64,000 bases of DNA. It comes from Biomphalaria glabrata. Taxonomy: Eukaryota. The notes beneath the pieces are model-generated. The model made no database searches. It saw only the letters and a list, made by a program, of their open reading frames with translations, and was not told where the DNA came from. How positions within the stretch are numbered: the stretch's first letter is position 1; each line of letters begins with the position of its first letter. Position numbers and translations under genes: made by a program. Below, one piece after another: positions 33,501 through 48,000 of this stretch. The stretch is from NCBI RefSeq assembly GCF_947242115.1, contig NC_074722.1:29924340-29988339 (forward strand), written 5' to 3'.

Positions 33501-36500
33501 ATAGCATACAATGTAATAGCCAATGTTTGCTACTAATTAAAGCTATAATAGTCAGCTTATTATGATTATATCTTATGATTAACAATATGACTTACTTTGA
33601 TTTGTTTGGGTTTTGTTAGAGAGTGCAATATTTACCTTTCTAACCTTCTGTTTCAGCCTTGCATAATAAAGATAGAAGATGTTATAGACACACCAGATAC
33701 ACTATATATTCTGTTAGAACTGTAAGTCAATGATTCTTTCTAGTGATTGATTTTACTTTTTGTGCTTATCATTTTTATTGATAATAGTTTATAATTTTAT
33801 TTGAATTCCATTCATTAAGGTTGTGTGATTTAAATAGTAACTCTTTTTGTTTTCCTTACCTGGCAGTGTTGAGGGTGGTGAACTTTTTGATAAAGTTGTG
33901 TCTATTGATAAGTATGATGAAAAGACTGGAAAGCTTCTATTTTACCAAATGGCTTCAGCAATAAAGGTGAATGAATTCTTTTTATATAAATCTTTCTCCA
34001 TGTTGATTCAGTTATAAGTTCACTTCTTTATCATTTTTCTCATGTTCTGGAATATTGCTAGGTCCCATTGTTAACTTCATTATCCTCCATATAAAGATCT
34101 AGTCTAATTATAGCTGTAATCTACAATAAATTTCCAAATCTCATTTTATATTATGACAGGCTAATACTAGCCGATTAAAATTTCATTTGACTTTTTTTTT
34201 AATTGGTGAAAGCAGACAAGCATTAAATCAAATAAAGCAAACTTTTCAAGAGAAATTGTTTCATCTCTTCATTGCCTGGACCATGGTGTAGTTTGAGTTT
34301 GTTGACAAATGTTTTAGGTTTCATCAACAGTTAATGTTTCCTTTTTGAGCCTTTTATATTAAGTTTTTTTTACTTTGTTTTTTACCAACAGTATTTACAT
34401 GATGAAGGGATCACACATAGAGATCTAAAGGTAATCTGTCCAGCTTGTTAATGCATTATTCAGAATGCATTTAATCTTTATATAGCAATCAATGCCAATT
34501 TAACAGGCCACTTGTTGGTAAAAAAAAAATAGAAAGCTTAAATAGTCATTGTCAAGTTCCATTGACATGTGCAACATTAACAAGTGATTTCATTCTGCTC
34601 TAGTATGTAAGCACTGCTGATGATTTATAAGCTCATTCTGTCCTGGGCAATAAGCTCTGGACAGAAGTATAAGCTCATTCTGTCCTAGGCAATAAGCTCT
34701 GCTGTTGAATTATAAGGTCACCATTCTTGAACTCTTTTTTACTCTTTTTGTTTTTAAACCCTTTATTATGTATAATGGCTAAGACATTTTTCAACATTTG
34801 AATCATTTTCTTCTATGAAAGCTGGCTTGGTCTGTCAGTGTATCAAATATATTTCTTTAGTTATCCCAAGGAGAATAAGCTGAAAGATGTGGCTTGTAAT
34901 TAACATCAAAGTTATCCCTCTGCTGTTACAACTCAGAAGTTTCCCTTTCTCAAGTTGTTTAATCTACATCTTTATTTTGTGGTTCATATTTTTAAAAAAT
35001 AATATTTTGTTCATATTTTGAGCAGTGCTTGGCCATTTACTTTTTATCCAGTTCTCCCGGAGTCTCTCCTACTTCTGGGGTGTTTTTTGGCTTCACTCAC
35101 TTCCTCCTGCATTAATTTCTAGATTTTCTTTTGCTTTCCTAACATTTATCAAATTTACTGGGTCATCTTGATTAAGAACTGATGGGGGTATTTTTCCACC
35201 TTTGCCTGCTTTTGATGTTAATATACTATTTAGTTCCAATATTTAACAGGTATTGCCATGTGAGTTTAAGGATGTTTATGTATGATCCTGTAAATAAAGA
35301 GTTAGGAACAACCAGTATAAATTTTTTTGTTATTTTTATGAAAATAAAATTTGCATCTTTGATAATCTAAAAAAAAAAAAAATTATATTTCCAGCCAGAA
35401 AACATTCTGCTTGCTTCTGATGACCTTGAAACTTTAATAAAGGTAAACAAAAAATACTAGAGATGTTTCTGTTTTTTTTAAAGTGTTATTAATGTATAGT
35501 TTAATTCATTCAATGTTGTATTATGGTTGTGAAAGAAAATATAAGAATTGGTAGAAAGATAAAGATATAATGCAGGATTGTTTGCAGAACAATTACTTTT
35601 CCATATCTGGGTCATGGCAAAATTTATTAAAGAGTAAACTTGTTCATTGACAATTAAATAGTAGTTTTATTTCCAAAAAAACTTTTTTTTTTCTAAAGTA
35701 GCCAAATTTCTTCATTTGAGTAGTTTAAAACAACTTTCCTTGTATTCATGTTTTTTTTAGTAAAACTTCAAAGTTATTAATAGTTTTTTTCTTAAATGTT
35801 CCCTTAGTAAAAATTCAATGCTATTAATAGTTTATGTCTTGAATCCCCTTAGATATATATTTCTTCAATTTAAATCATCTCAATTATCCTTGTCATGACT
35901 TTACTGAATTTTTGTATTTAATGTTTTTTTTAAAAATATATTTTTGTGTTCATTCAATCTTACATGACGTATTTGATTTTTAAGATACCAAATAATGGTG
36001 TGAGAGAGAATAATAAGATGCTGTTACTTAGCTAGGTCCATGAAGCTATGTATATTATATAACTAAATTCTAAAATCTTCAAACTCAGACAGTGCTTAAT
36101 TGTCCAAGTAATTGAATCACCAAAAATACTAGAGCCCTGATTAATCTTTGGTGATTTATATATTAATGTTATTCATATTAATGAAATCACTCACCTACTT
36201 GTAATTGAAAGTGTAACTCTGAGTAATATCAATTTTGTTTCCTTTCATTCTGAAGGTTACAGATTTTGGCTTGTCTAAATTTGTGGATGCCGGATCAATG
36301 ATGAAAACATTTTGTGGCACGCCAACTTATCTAGCACCTGAGATTTTAAAATCTGCTGGCACTGGTGCATACACTAAAGCTATAGATTGTTGGAGCCTTG
36401 GGGTCATCTTATTTATTATGTAAGCTTGCATAATTCCAAATTAGTGGTAATACTAGTATAGCCATAACCTGTAGTTTATGAAATATTGTTTTCTAATAAT

Positions 36501-38104
36501 GTAAAGTAATTAGAAATTAAAAATAAAAATAAAAAATAAATATTGTACAATCTACTTTGTTATTATACCAGGCTGTCTGGTTATCCCCCTTTCTCTGATG
36601 AACGTACAGACATGGAGCTGCCTAAGCAAATAGTTGGAGGCCATTTTTCTTTCCCTAAACAGTATTGGAAGGATGTCTCAGATACAGGTACAGAGACTTC
36701 ACTTATAATTGCAAAGGACCTACTTGAGGCTTTAATACAAGAAGCACATTATTATAAAAGTCTTGTTTCTTCTTCTATTTATTTGTAATTTAAAGCTGAA
36801 AACAAATTTGACAGTCTAAACATTCTATACAATTTTCATTTCAAATTTGACTTAAACCAAAAAGAATCGCTCAAGCTTTTGGATTTTATGTACTTTTTGT
36901 TTCATAAGATAAATAGGTCTATTGCTTTTTGTGTTATTTTCACATATGGTTGTTTGACTATATCTATTTGATGAATAATTATTTTCTTCAGCCATTGACC
37001 TTATCAAAAAGATGATGGTGATTGATCCAAAGAAACGCATCACATTTGCAGAAATTCTTAACCATCCTTGGTTAAAGGTAAATTATGAAAGTATAAAATA
37101 TTTTTACACATGTTTCATATGAATTATTTTGAAACCTGAAATTATCTTCCTTTGTTCTGTCTCTGCAGGATGAAGAAATGAAAGCAAAAGCCAATGCATT
37201 AATGTTTCCTAACAGTGATGGGATGGTGCCTCCCAAGACAGTAAGTCATTGGATAAGATATTTTAAAACATATTTATATTATAGGCTTATCTAAATGCCA
37301 AAAAACACCATTGCATAATAAAATAGCTACAAGAAACAGATATATATTAGTCCTTGATCTTGTGGTACTTTTAAAAGATTACGTCAAAATTAAATTCATG
37401 ACAATACAATAACTTTTAAACAGCTATGCTTGACATACATACAAAATTTTTAAAGTAACTTCTGCTTAACTTTCTTTTTAAAATAGCTGTAAACTTTTAC
37501 TTTCTGGCGTGTAAAGCTATGTGACAGAAAAATAGATGAAACTTACTTTTACTTAGATTGTCCTGTACAAACTACTTAGATTATCCTATGCTATTTGGCA
37601 AATAGGATGGAAAACCATCTTCACCCAGATTAGTCATCAGCTACATCTCAACCTCATTCCATCTGGTGTCAGTTGTTTAAAAATTTCTGGTACCATGTAA
37701 TATGGAAATGGCCTTGTTTCCTATTTCCTTCTTTTGGTCTCCATGTTATTGCTGTTTTCAGGAAGCAAGCAAATAAAAACCCGATTCTAAAAATATTAGA
37801 TCTCTAATATTTTTGCTTTACATTGGAGACTGTCCCTGAGACCTTAGTGTATGATCATGTGTGACAGTCAGGTACTCATTATCACTAGGTAGACTCCAGA
37901 ACATCCTCAAATTATAAAAAGTCTATGGTCTAAAACCAGGATATAATACCCTCTTAGATAGCAGTCTGATCTGTCTGTTTTAATTATAGTTTCAATCTAA
38001 CCAAATCTCAACAGCCCACTGGTAAAAGAAAAGCTGCAGGTGAAAGTGATGAGCCAGCCACCAAGAGGAACTTGTCTGATACCACTCCTCCAGAGACACC
38101 ATGA
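27583..38104 (+). CDS. CHEK2: Checkpoint kinase 2 (Chk2/Cds1/Rad53 family; FHA domain plus Ser/Thr kinase) with 16 coding exons: 27583-27697, 28464-28579, 29885-29963, 30384-30449, 31105-31195, 32688-32796, 33302-33355, 33657-33721, 33867-33966, 34392-34430, 35395-35442, 36256-36419, 36572-36687, 36992-37077, 37169-37240, 38015-38104 (stop TGA at 38102-38104). The product is about 468-469 aa.
   Basis: The product aligns with human CHK2 over its full length: [38 protein letters not shown] (TQ motif) / (A)[38 protein letters not shown] (FHA) / [27 protein letters not shown] / [21 protein letters not shown] / [31 protein letters not shown] / [36 protein letters not shown] / [18 protein letters not shown] / [22 protein letters not shown] / [34 protein letters not shown] / [13 protein letters not shown] / [16 protein letters not shown] / [55 protein letters not shown] / [38 protein letters not shown] / [29 protein letters not shown] / [24 protein letters not shown] / [29 protein letters not shown]. 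The kinase motifs HRDLKPEN, DFG and TPTYLAPE are present. All 15 introns are GT-AG with consistent phases. The exon-2 acceptor could be 28464 or 28467, both in frame. Confidence 0.93.
27700..28440. repeat. Degenerate (CTAGAT)n self-complementary hexamer plus (TA)n/(TAA)n tract filling most of CHEK2 intron 1.
   Basis: Representative text: agatctagatatattattatt...ctagatctagtataatcc...tagatgtctagtttgatctagtcttagatctatagaaatctagatctta. AGATCT and TCTAGA words alternate. Confidence 0.6.
29200..29660. repeat. Degenerate (CTAGAT)n tract in CHEK2 intron 2.
   Basis: Representative text: tcgagtctagatctggattctagatctagaatctagataac...tagatctagatcgataacatctactaccatctagtctagatgtagactagattc...cagatctagtctagatatc...atctagatttagattgtagatctaatcatgacatctagatctaat. 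Confidence 0.6.
30700..31040. repeat. Minisatellite in CHEK2 intron 4: units of about 25-30 bp (aatagcagtaaaacattcaaactttat).
   Basis: At least ten degenerate tandem units: ...tataatagcagtaaagcattcaaaatggttaatagcagtaaaacattccaattgattaacagcagaaaaacattcaatccctataatag.... Confidence 0.55.
31277..31372 (+). mobile_element. SINE family 2 fragment in CHEK2 intron 5.
   Basis: The text ctcgtggtcgcgaggccaagtgcgcttgaacttggcgggttcgacacccgactcgggcagagttgtgtttactgagcgccccccc matches the family-2 core. Confidence 0.55.
31712..31965 (-). mobile_element. Family-1 SINE, full-length, in CHEK2 intron 5.
   Basis: The text ccctttcagaccttgtggtctatagggtcatctgtttctgtggcctacggttaatgagggtgtcatgtggtc...cccaactaatgtcaggtacccattagagctgggtggactcagagacgcccaaggatcctgaaataaaaatcccagtcttcaccatgattcgaacccgggacccctggttcagaagcgaagcgctttaccactgag is the reverse complement of the tRNA-like head plus tail. 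Confidence 0.75.
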
Positions 38105-41100
38105 AAATGATCAAGTCATGTATAATTAGAGATGTTTGTATGAATCCTACATTAGATTAGATTTATTAGATTAGAATTATCCCATTGTTTTTTATTTCTA
38201 TACTTGTATATCTGTAAGCATGATTTTATGATGAAAAAAAACTGAGCTAGATAATTTGTTTAGTATGTGAACTAACCTTAGACTTCTTAACAAAAACAAC
38301 AAACCTTTTCTGTATCGTTGTTAAACTTTAGGTTTTACTTTTGAATTCAAATATTTCTTAACTTGGAAAAAAATCGTTACATTAGTAATTCTGTACCTTC
38401 TAATAATTGCATCATGGTTATTTTTTATGTCTGTTTTTGTTGATGGAAAAAACAATCGTTTAGTATTTCTTAACATATGCTCATTTTTGTATTTGTATAT
38501 ACAAAGACAACTCATGTTCTGTTGTCTCCTTTGTAAACTTGCTTTTGATAAGTATTTTTGTAGAGCAAAAATAAAACTTGAAACATTGTCTAATGGTTAA
38601 CAGGTGTTTTCTATGTGAAGGTTTATCTAGTTCTTCAATAAAAAAAAAACACATGATTTTATATGATATACACAACTAACCTTTGAAATATCTTTCATTG
38701 AGTGAAATTGTTGAGACCCATTTACTACTCATATATTGAGAAGGTTGTTTATAAAAAATTATACAAAATGAATTATAAATGACTTTTTTACAAGAATGAA
38801 ATGATTAATTACTATTTCATTGAGACCAAAGCATGTAAGTTATGAAACTTCTTTATGCTAATGTGCCATACACTAATCAAACTATTTTGAGTAGGTTAAA
38901 AATAAGTTTATACATTAACAGGTAATGTATGGACTAACTGTTTTTATTTAAAGGTACATTTTTATATCTTTTTTTTTTATGTACCAATGTTTTGATACTT
39001 ACCTGTAAAAAAGATTTTTAATGAAAACCACTTTTATGTCTTTTCTTACATTCATATATATACATTTATATTTACCAACTGCTGCCAGGTAACTAGCAAC
39101 ATATATTTTTATTTAGACATTATTTTGTTGTATACATGTAGAGTAGCATATACAATCTTAATTATTGTTGCTGTCAACCTGATTTACCCAGCAGCAGTGC
39201 CAGGCGCAGTAAAAAGATGTGTCTTTTTTGTCTTAAGAATATTTTATTGTCAAAAAAATTTAAAATAATTGACTAAATATAATTTCATAATTCTTAAGAA
39301 TCTTTTAGAAAAGAATAAAAACATAATTAAAATCTATAGCCTAAATAGTTCTGTTGTGCCTTGAATTATTATTTACAATTTTTCCAGTGTGCCTACGAAA
39401 GAGCAGGGCTCGGATCACACATTTTTGACAGACTTGATTCTAGATTGCTGTCTTTTATGGAAGCTCCATGATATCTTTCCAACCATATTTTAACTGAAGA
39501 CCAGCCTCCAATTCTAAATTTTGTTTTCAGTTCTGTACTTACTTTTCACATTATTGACTGTTTTGTGCTTTTAACTTTGAAAAGACATTTATAGGCAACA
39601 TGTCAAACATTGTCATATTGAGTCTGAACTTTCAAGTGTTAGAACTAGGGGATCAAAGAAAAAAAGTTCAGGAATATGAAATGAAGTTTCATAATTCAAA
39701 CTAAATAAATTTTTAGTTAAATTTCATATAAACAAAGTTTTTTTTCATCCCTTTATAGTGCTCATTTGTCATCAAGCCACCACATCATAAAACTCATGTT
39801 AAAATAATTGTTAAACATTAGCAGCTGATATATGTATATATTGAAAATCGGTAAATTAGATTAATTAAAAATACATTTAAATGAACAACTTTTTGATGTA
39901 ATTATTATATAAGTGAATGTCACCTATCACAATGAAATGAACCCTATTGTAGCAATAGATCACTTTACATTCTTTATATCTTTAGCAAGCTTTTTGATTC
40001 AACTTTTGCTAATGAAATGAACTAATCCCTCAAATTCTTCAATAGTATTAATTTATAAACTTTTTTTTTTTTTAATACATGTTTGCCTTATCAAAAACAA
40101 AAGCTCTGATTCTGTATAACACATTTGTGTTAAAGGGTCATGCTAACTTTACTTCTTACTTATATTTACTTTAAAAAAAAATGACGGCAATGTCTTCGAT
40201 TGCGAAGATTAAGGATAATAGCAGTGTTACACATGACTGCGCAAACCCTGCTGCTTTAAAAAATTTTTTATGTAATTAACTGTTTAAAATAAATACTTAT
40301 GTAATTAGTTTATGTAAGTTAATATTTATGTCATTTTATCTTCAATTGGTTTCAACACTGTGACAAAGCTCAAAGTGTTGAAATCTGAAGTATTTAAGTA
40401 CTTGCATATTATTTTTTTATCTTTGTTTAAGAGCATATGCAACAATTAAAGGCATTTTTATTTAGAAGGGTATCAGGGCATTTATTTGTAACAGAATAAC
40501 TACAGAATACATTATTGATTGGTAACATTGGAGAAACAAATCTAGAATTCCAAGATAATGTAACCTGAAAAAAAGAATGTTCTTGTTCAGCATGAGACCC
40601 CTCAGAATTTCTACTGCTAGTTTTTTTGCTTGTTTGTTAATAAAAATGCAATGCACAATCAATGATAAACTATCTTACGTTGATAAAACTGAGTTGTTGT
40701 GGTTCTGATTTTAAGTAAAGCTAGATTCACTGGTTCTTATAGCTAATTGGTTATGTGGGGGTATTATGTCAAGTACCCATTTAAAGCAAGTAAATTCAAA
40801 ATTCACCAGGCTCTATCATCCTTAGAAATAGCAGTTATTTCTTTAAATGAGAAGTTAATTACTATCCATGTGTGACATGAAGACCTTTCAATTGGCTGTA
40901 AAGTACTTAGCCACCCCATCCTCGACAAGTAAAATTGTGTACAAATTGTTTCTATGTTACCAGCAGTAACATTCCATTCAGGCATGTTGTTGTGACTTCA
41001 AAGGTTAATGTGTTATTTGCGTGTGTTTTTTAAGTCATAAAAGTAATCAATTTATTTCCGTAAAATGTATTGTCTATCATTTAATGTTAATATTTAGTTG

Positions 41101-44039
41101 AAAAAATGTGTAACTGAATGTGATTGAAATGTTTATCATAAATGAAAGTGATATTGATGGTTATAAAAAGTTTGTCTACACTTGTATATTTTCTGGTTCT
41201 GTTTATTTTCACATATCCTAAAAAGATTGCCATGATCTCCATTGATTAGATAGTCTCATCACGTTTTTCTTCTCATGTCTTGGTAGCTTGCACTGTTTTG
41301 GAACAGAGGAACTGATAATTTTTAGAAACAACCTATTTTTAAAAAAGTGTATTTTAATTTTTTTTTCTTTTACTCATGTTATTATCATTACTTTCATTGC
41401 TTTTGACATCCACAAGGATTTTGCAATCAAACTATTCAGAAAAATGGATATTAAGTTTGGTGACTACTTCAGAACAATAAATATAGGGAGATTTTTTTTC
41501 AGCTATTGCCATTGTTTAGGAACCTGAGCTAACATCTGTTGTAGATTTTCCAACAAGGTTTCTCTGATTTTATTTGGAGTGAATTAGATCTGAGCCATGT
41601 AATTGCTGTTTAGTAACAATGAAATGATGCACAAAACTGCTGTTCAATTTCTAAGTTGTTCTTATCTGAGCCATTAAAATACATTTTTGTTTCAACTTTG
41701 TTTTGTTCAATGTTTATTGTTTTTCAATACTAATAATCAAAGTGATATTCCTGTTATTTTGTGTATCTGATTTCAGATGAAATAGCTTTTGTTTCACTTG
41801 TCTAGCACCACAATTCAATTCTTCTTTAAATAAAATTACAGGACCTTCTTTCTTTGTATTCATCATATTATGGTTAAAAGCGAGAAAAAAGACAACTCAA
41901 TTTTAGCACCATACAATAACTAAATAAAATATTTCATAAATTTAAAATTAGGTAACTTACATTGTATCACTGTATCTTCTTTACTTGTCTAAAATAAGTT
42001 AGCAAAACTTTTTTCTTAAATATGTTTTAGTCTTTGAAAAATGTAAATTCTAATTATGAATTAGGCAAGAAGGTGGTTATTACTATATTAAAATTTTTCT
42101 ATATTTCAAACATTCATCCATTCAAAAGACATCATAATTTGTACAAATATTTATTGCTTGAGGTTTATTCAAATCAACTATGACGCTACTAAAACTAGTA
42201 GAGAAAATTTTTAAATGTGAAAACATTTCAACAAAACATTCAAATGTTACAGCATTCAGGCTTTTGTTATAATATTGCTTGTTCAGAATTCAATAACATC
42301 ACTTTGGTATCAACAAATAGACAAATCCAGAAGTACATATACAATGTATATGTGGTAAAACAAGATTTTCAATTGAGTATATATGAAATAAACAAGAAAT
42401 GCAAATGATTAAACAGAAAATGTCACTGGGGTGTTGAGTTTTACTATGATCAAATCTCAGACAGATGTGGCTTTTGCATGTAAGGTTTGTAAAAACATCG
42501 ACATTAATTGCACATCTCTTAAAACCAACCTAGGCCTTGTAATGTAAAGAATTTAATGAATATTAAGTAAATTATTTCTATGAGAAAGTCTGAAATGAAA
42601 TAGGACTATTTAATGACTGACTTAGCATTATCAAAGCAAAAAGCTAGAATGATATCAAAAAGTACCCTTGAAACATAATGGTACACAGAGCAACCAGTTT
42701 CTTTGATCAACACCTTACCTACATGATAAGTGTAGTAGATTATATGACAAGTTTTATTTACTACACCAGCTTATGCCTGGAGATTTGGAGCTGGACCAGG
42801 TTTTTTTGTGTGTCTTTAAAGAAATTCCAATATTTCTAACAAAATTTCAACTCACACTTGAGCTATCAAACACTTAGCCAACCTTCACCTTGCATGCTGT
42901 AAGGTCTTGCACAAATCTATTACGACAAAGCAAGGCAGAAACAAAGAAAACTGATGGGAGATATGAAGGACATGGGCTTTTATCACAGCAGATTTCTTCT
43001 GGTAAACTGAACTGACACATGGAGATGAAGTTGGTTAGCAGTAGTGTACAATTGAAGTTTTTTTTTTTGGTTTTGGAGTAATGGGGATTTTTTTTTTTTA
43101 AACAAGAAGGAAAAAGACATATTTGTAGAATTACTTGTCCATATAATTATCCTTAACATAAAACTCTATGTAGCCTATGTATAATTCTCAAATACTTTAT
43201 GTAATATTAGTAGGCTGTAACTCTGTACATTTGTCTTTTTACTTTTATGTGTCCCAAATTCATTTGGAATAGGATTGAATAATTTAAAGCTATATAGTAT
43301 ATAATAGTACAGTAAAATGAAAATTATGTAATACGAATAATTACTAATCATACAATCCTAAATTTTCATACATTGTAACAGAAGATATTTCCTTCTAAAA
43401 AAATTTAATTCATTCATTCACAGTTTTACTTACTAAAAAAAAAAGAAAAATATTATATTTCAACCTAAACTACTTAAAAGAATGGTCAGAATTGTTACAA
43501 AAAGCTACATGTAATATAATGAAGCATATTTCTTTTTACATTAAAAATATTCACAAAAAGGCACTTGTTAAAATACTGGCATTAAAATAGTTACAATTAC
43601 AGAACAGAAATTTACTGGGGCATACATTTTTCCTGCACCAAGTATTTTAACTTAACAACAAAAAAAAGAACTATAACATTTTTGTAATAACAAGTATTGT
43701 AACTCTGCATGTAAACATTTGTCTTTTTCTACATTTAAATTGAGCAGGTTTATCTAATAGTTTATCTAATAGCAAAATCATTTCTTGCATCACAATTCAA
43801 AAACTCTGGTCAGAATGGGTCTGACACATTGGTCTATTGACCTAAGTATTTCTTCTTTATTTTGAGAAGAGCTCTAGCCTATTTATTCCTAGTGACCCTT
43901 TCTCACATATTTTTGACTAATCAAAATGCAAAGACATCTGGCACCTCATTTTATTTCTCATAGAGCAGAGCAATCTACTGCACAACTTTCCATAGGGACA
44001 GGTCTTCAGAGTAATCTAACAGAGATTTATTTTTCAGAG

Positions 44040-44195
44040 CGTGGAATGTGAGTGGCTGAGTGGCATTAACCATTTGGCTACCATCAAAGTGTCTTGATTT
44101 CAAATCTCGACACAAGCTGAGTTGTGTTTGCTGAGAACTTAATGGCAGCATGGAAACCTCTTCTCCCTAGATGTCCCCACAGGTCCACAAAAGAT
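44040..44195 (+). mobile_element. SINE family 2 copy.
   Basis: The text gtggctgagtggcattaaccatttggctaccatc...aagctgagttgtgtttgctgagaacttaatggcagcatggaaacctcttctccctagatgtcccc has a tRNA-like A-box plus the family-2 core. Confidence 0.55.
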
Positions 44196-45034
44196 ATTGT
44201 ACCATATCACAGAGTATGCTATAGCATGAAAGATGCACTATACAAAAGTAATGAGAAAAAAACAACATAGAATAATATGACAAAGAAACTTAGTACCCAG
44301 ACTCCTAAATTCAGTCAAAGCAATGTTAGAGAAGAAAAAAAAAAGCAGAAGTATTCAGGAAAGCAATGCCCTTCTAAGGATAAGAAATTGGAATCATTTT
44401 TATTAGTTATTTGATGCATAAGTACTTTTCAGGTCTTGTGCCCTTTCAGCCCTCTCAAGTTCCTATCCACGAAACTTCTATATTGGACTAAAATAAATAA
44501 AAATCTATTACATTTACAATTTTTATATTATGAATCTAAAATAACAATAAAAATCTGTTGTGAATAAAAAAAAATTTTCAGAATTTTTCAGATAAATTTT
44601 GGCCATCAAGTCTGTTTCCCTAAGTTCAAAATGAATCAAGATTTAATTTAAAAAGAAAACACAAAAAACATCCTTTTTCCTTAAGTTTAAAAGAATAACT
44701 TAATCCACAAGAGGTGAACATTACAATTTTTAAATCTTTCAAATGAAAATATTCTGTTTGACTAGAACAAAAAAATGTACAGAAAAAGAAACAGACAATA
44801 GGAAGAGTGGGGTGAAAACGAAGCATTTTATCTTGCCTTGTTAATGTAGAATCTGTACAGGTGTTTAATGTATTTTGGTAGATAAATGAGTTCATTAACA
44901 ATCTAAAAATTTGGTTTTGCTTCATCTGACAAATGTGACTTTTTCTTTTCATGAGATAAAAATTACCAGTAAAAATAACTTTTATGATGTCATTGGCCTC
45001 AATGTTGTATAGGGGATGACTCTTTTCCTTTTAC

Positions 45035-48000
45035 CTTCATAGTCCATTTGTCCAACAGCTAGCTCACTGAAATGGTTTAATTAAAAGAAACATTAGAAGC
45101 TAAATTAATAATAAGTATTTTATTTCTAACACTAATCAAATCTGGGATTTCAATGTAAAGTCCTACATCAGACATCTTTTGACATCTTTTACAACACAGC
45201 AATAGGAATTGATTTCACTGATTTTGTTGGTAACTTAAAAAATGTGAGGTTCTCTCGGATTTCCTTGCTTAACCCTTATCACAGTTATGTATCTATACAT
45301 ATATATATATTGTCTGGATGTCTCCCTGGTTGTATGATATGCTCTCTGGAATGTCTTTTTGATGGTCCTGAGTTCAAACTCTGCCCACAGCCATCCCCTG
45401 CATCCTACAGGAGGTTTGGTCTACAATGTAATAATCATAAACCATGAAGGAACATCTAAATCATGTTAAAACAAAACAAAGGTTTGCCGACCCTGCTCTA
45501 AAAAGATTTATAGATATTATTTTATGTAGAGTAAACATTAGGGTTTGTAGTTTAACATGAATATTTAAGACTATCTGAACTCACTTTAATAATAAAAAAA
45601 TGTACCTGTAATTGATAGCACCATCCTCATTGACATCTAGTTCATTAATCAACAATTCAATATCCTCAGGAGATAGATTTATGCCAGTTTCCTAATTGGA
45701 ACATAGCCCAAAAAAAAATATAAATGTTTTTTGATGAACTAAACATTTAAAAAAAGCCCGCCCCCCCCAAAAAAAATGTTTGTTTGATAAAATAAACATG
45801 GAAAAAAAATGTTTGAAGTTAAAAGATGTTTGAAAAACACATTTGTAACATTATCATTACAAGTTCATGTCAAGTGATAGTCACCATTCTTGGTCAGTTA
45901 TTGTACATAATTTTCTTCAGTGTTCAAATTGAAAAAAATAGCATACAACATCAATAATTACAGGCTTTCTAATATATTTAAAGCACAAGTTAATAATCAA
46001 ATACTTATGAAAGAATGACGAAGTTAAAAACAAAAGAAAATGTAAGCATAAGAAAATTAAAAAAACAGTAGAAAGAAAAAAGCTACCTCTAAGTAAAAAT
46101 ATAAAGAACTATTCTACAACTGACTATCAGAAAGATGAAGTAAAAAAAAAAAAAAAGATAAATTAAATTAGTATATCTATGAAAAGAACAATATTACTTT
46201 ACAGACAGATCAGAGTTTCTTTTCAATCAACATTTATGTTCAAATAATTATAGTTATTTTGTGTTTCTAATGCCTTGCTGTAAATCTAAAGTGTAAATGT
46301 GGAGTTGAAATAATTAACAGATAATTACATTTTTAATGTGTAAATGTTGAGTTGAAGTAATCAACAGATGATTACATTTTTAATGTGTAAATTTGGAATT
46401 GAAGTAATTAACAGATGACTACAAAACTAATTAGATAGCCTAGATTGTAATTAATGTCTACAAATATACTGTATTTTACAATTACTTGGGTATTAATTAT
46501 TTTAAGTATCTATTTTTAGAAACATATTGAAGTATGTTATATTTTAACTATATGGCATACAAATTTAATCATATTAAGGAAATTAACTGTTTAGGCCATA
46601 TAAACCTTTAGGAGCTATGATACATTGAGATACTTTGCTGTTAACATTTTCATTATATCTTGTTAGTGTTAGTAATAAATAGAGAAAAAGGAATTTTTCC
46701 AATTAGAGCAAACAAAATATGATTCTAATAACTGATAGGAAATAGAAAAAGAAAAGGTGAAGATAAAAAAAAAGCCTGTGCAATATCATCCATCTCCAAA
46801 ATAGTAAAAAAATTGTATTATGGAAAATTTAAACATTTTAATTGTTACCTGTATGAGTTGCTAGAAAAAAAATGTATTTAGAACATATTAGGCTAAAAAA
46901 TTTAGCAAATAGAGTATATCTTAATTACTGTGTTTGTAATTTTCCATTGCAGCAGAAAATGAAAACAAAGTAAGTTTTTGCCAAGCTCACTCTTATTGTT
47001 AAGTTACAAACACATTAGCTCCATTGTTAATAATTGTTATCTCCCTTTCAAACTAACTTTTTTTTTTTTTTTAAATCAAGAAATTATTTTTCATTTTAAT
47101 TTATTTGAAAAGAAGGCTAATTATGTAAGCCTACATTTGACTACAAGTTACAGAAAGATTTTACATTTAATACCCAATTTTTTCATCCAAAAAGGATCTT
47201 CACAAGAATGGTTGATGTAGCTTAACTAAAAATGGTATTTAAGACAAATACAAACATCACTATAATAATGTAAGTCCAGTAATACTTTTTTTCCAAAAGA
47301 TAATTAGTATTAAATTCATATTATATCAACCAAAAGCACAACTCTCATCACAGACAATAATCATTAAAACTTTTACCAATATTCCTTGCTTAAACTCCTC
47401 TCTGGACACATTCATGCTTCCATCTTTATCAAACTTGTTGAAGAAGTCTATCAGCCTGATATTTCTGGCATTGATAAATGCTGTAACTTTGGCCAGTGGA
47501 TGGACTCTTTGCTTTGGTTTCAATGGTATTTCAGTTCCTGTAAGAATTTTGAGAAGGGTTAATTTGTTGCACTGATAAACAAAGTAGTAGTTTAAAATGA
47601 ATATTTGATCACTAAACAAGTTAGGACATAGCAACAATGTTACAGAGCAAAACTATTTCTGATTATAAATGATAAAGGGTTTAGTTGTTTTTTTTGTAAA
47701 CTAGCTGCAGATTTGATGGAGATTCGAATAAAATTCAAATTCATTTGATGACATTCCAAAGATATGATGCCCCTACAGCCAGCTAGAAAAGAAGGGATCA
47801 AAGACAACTATGCAACTATAATTTATTGTGCTGTCTAAATGGTGAAATAGAGTCTGACCAAAAAATACATGGTAAACATTTACTGAATTTTCTGAATGTT
47901 TAACTCTTATTTCCGTTTTTTATCCCAATAAAATGTTGGTACTGATACTTAATCATTATTAAACCTTCTTAAGCAGACTGATCAATATTCATACAATTAT

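Noticed and set aside
44626-44952. Minus 108-aa ORF downstream of the last resolved LRRC74-like exon.
   Set aside because: It has low-complexity, hydrophobic or Cys-rich composition without EF or LRR features. Its phase does not connect to the 45035 exon donor (phase 1). It is AT-rich like the surrounding intergenic DNA.
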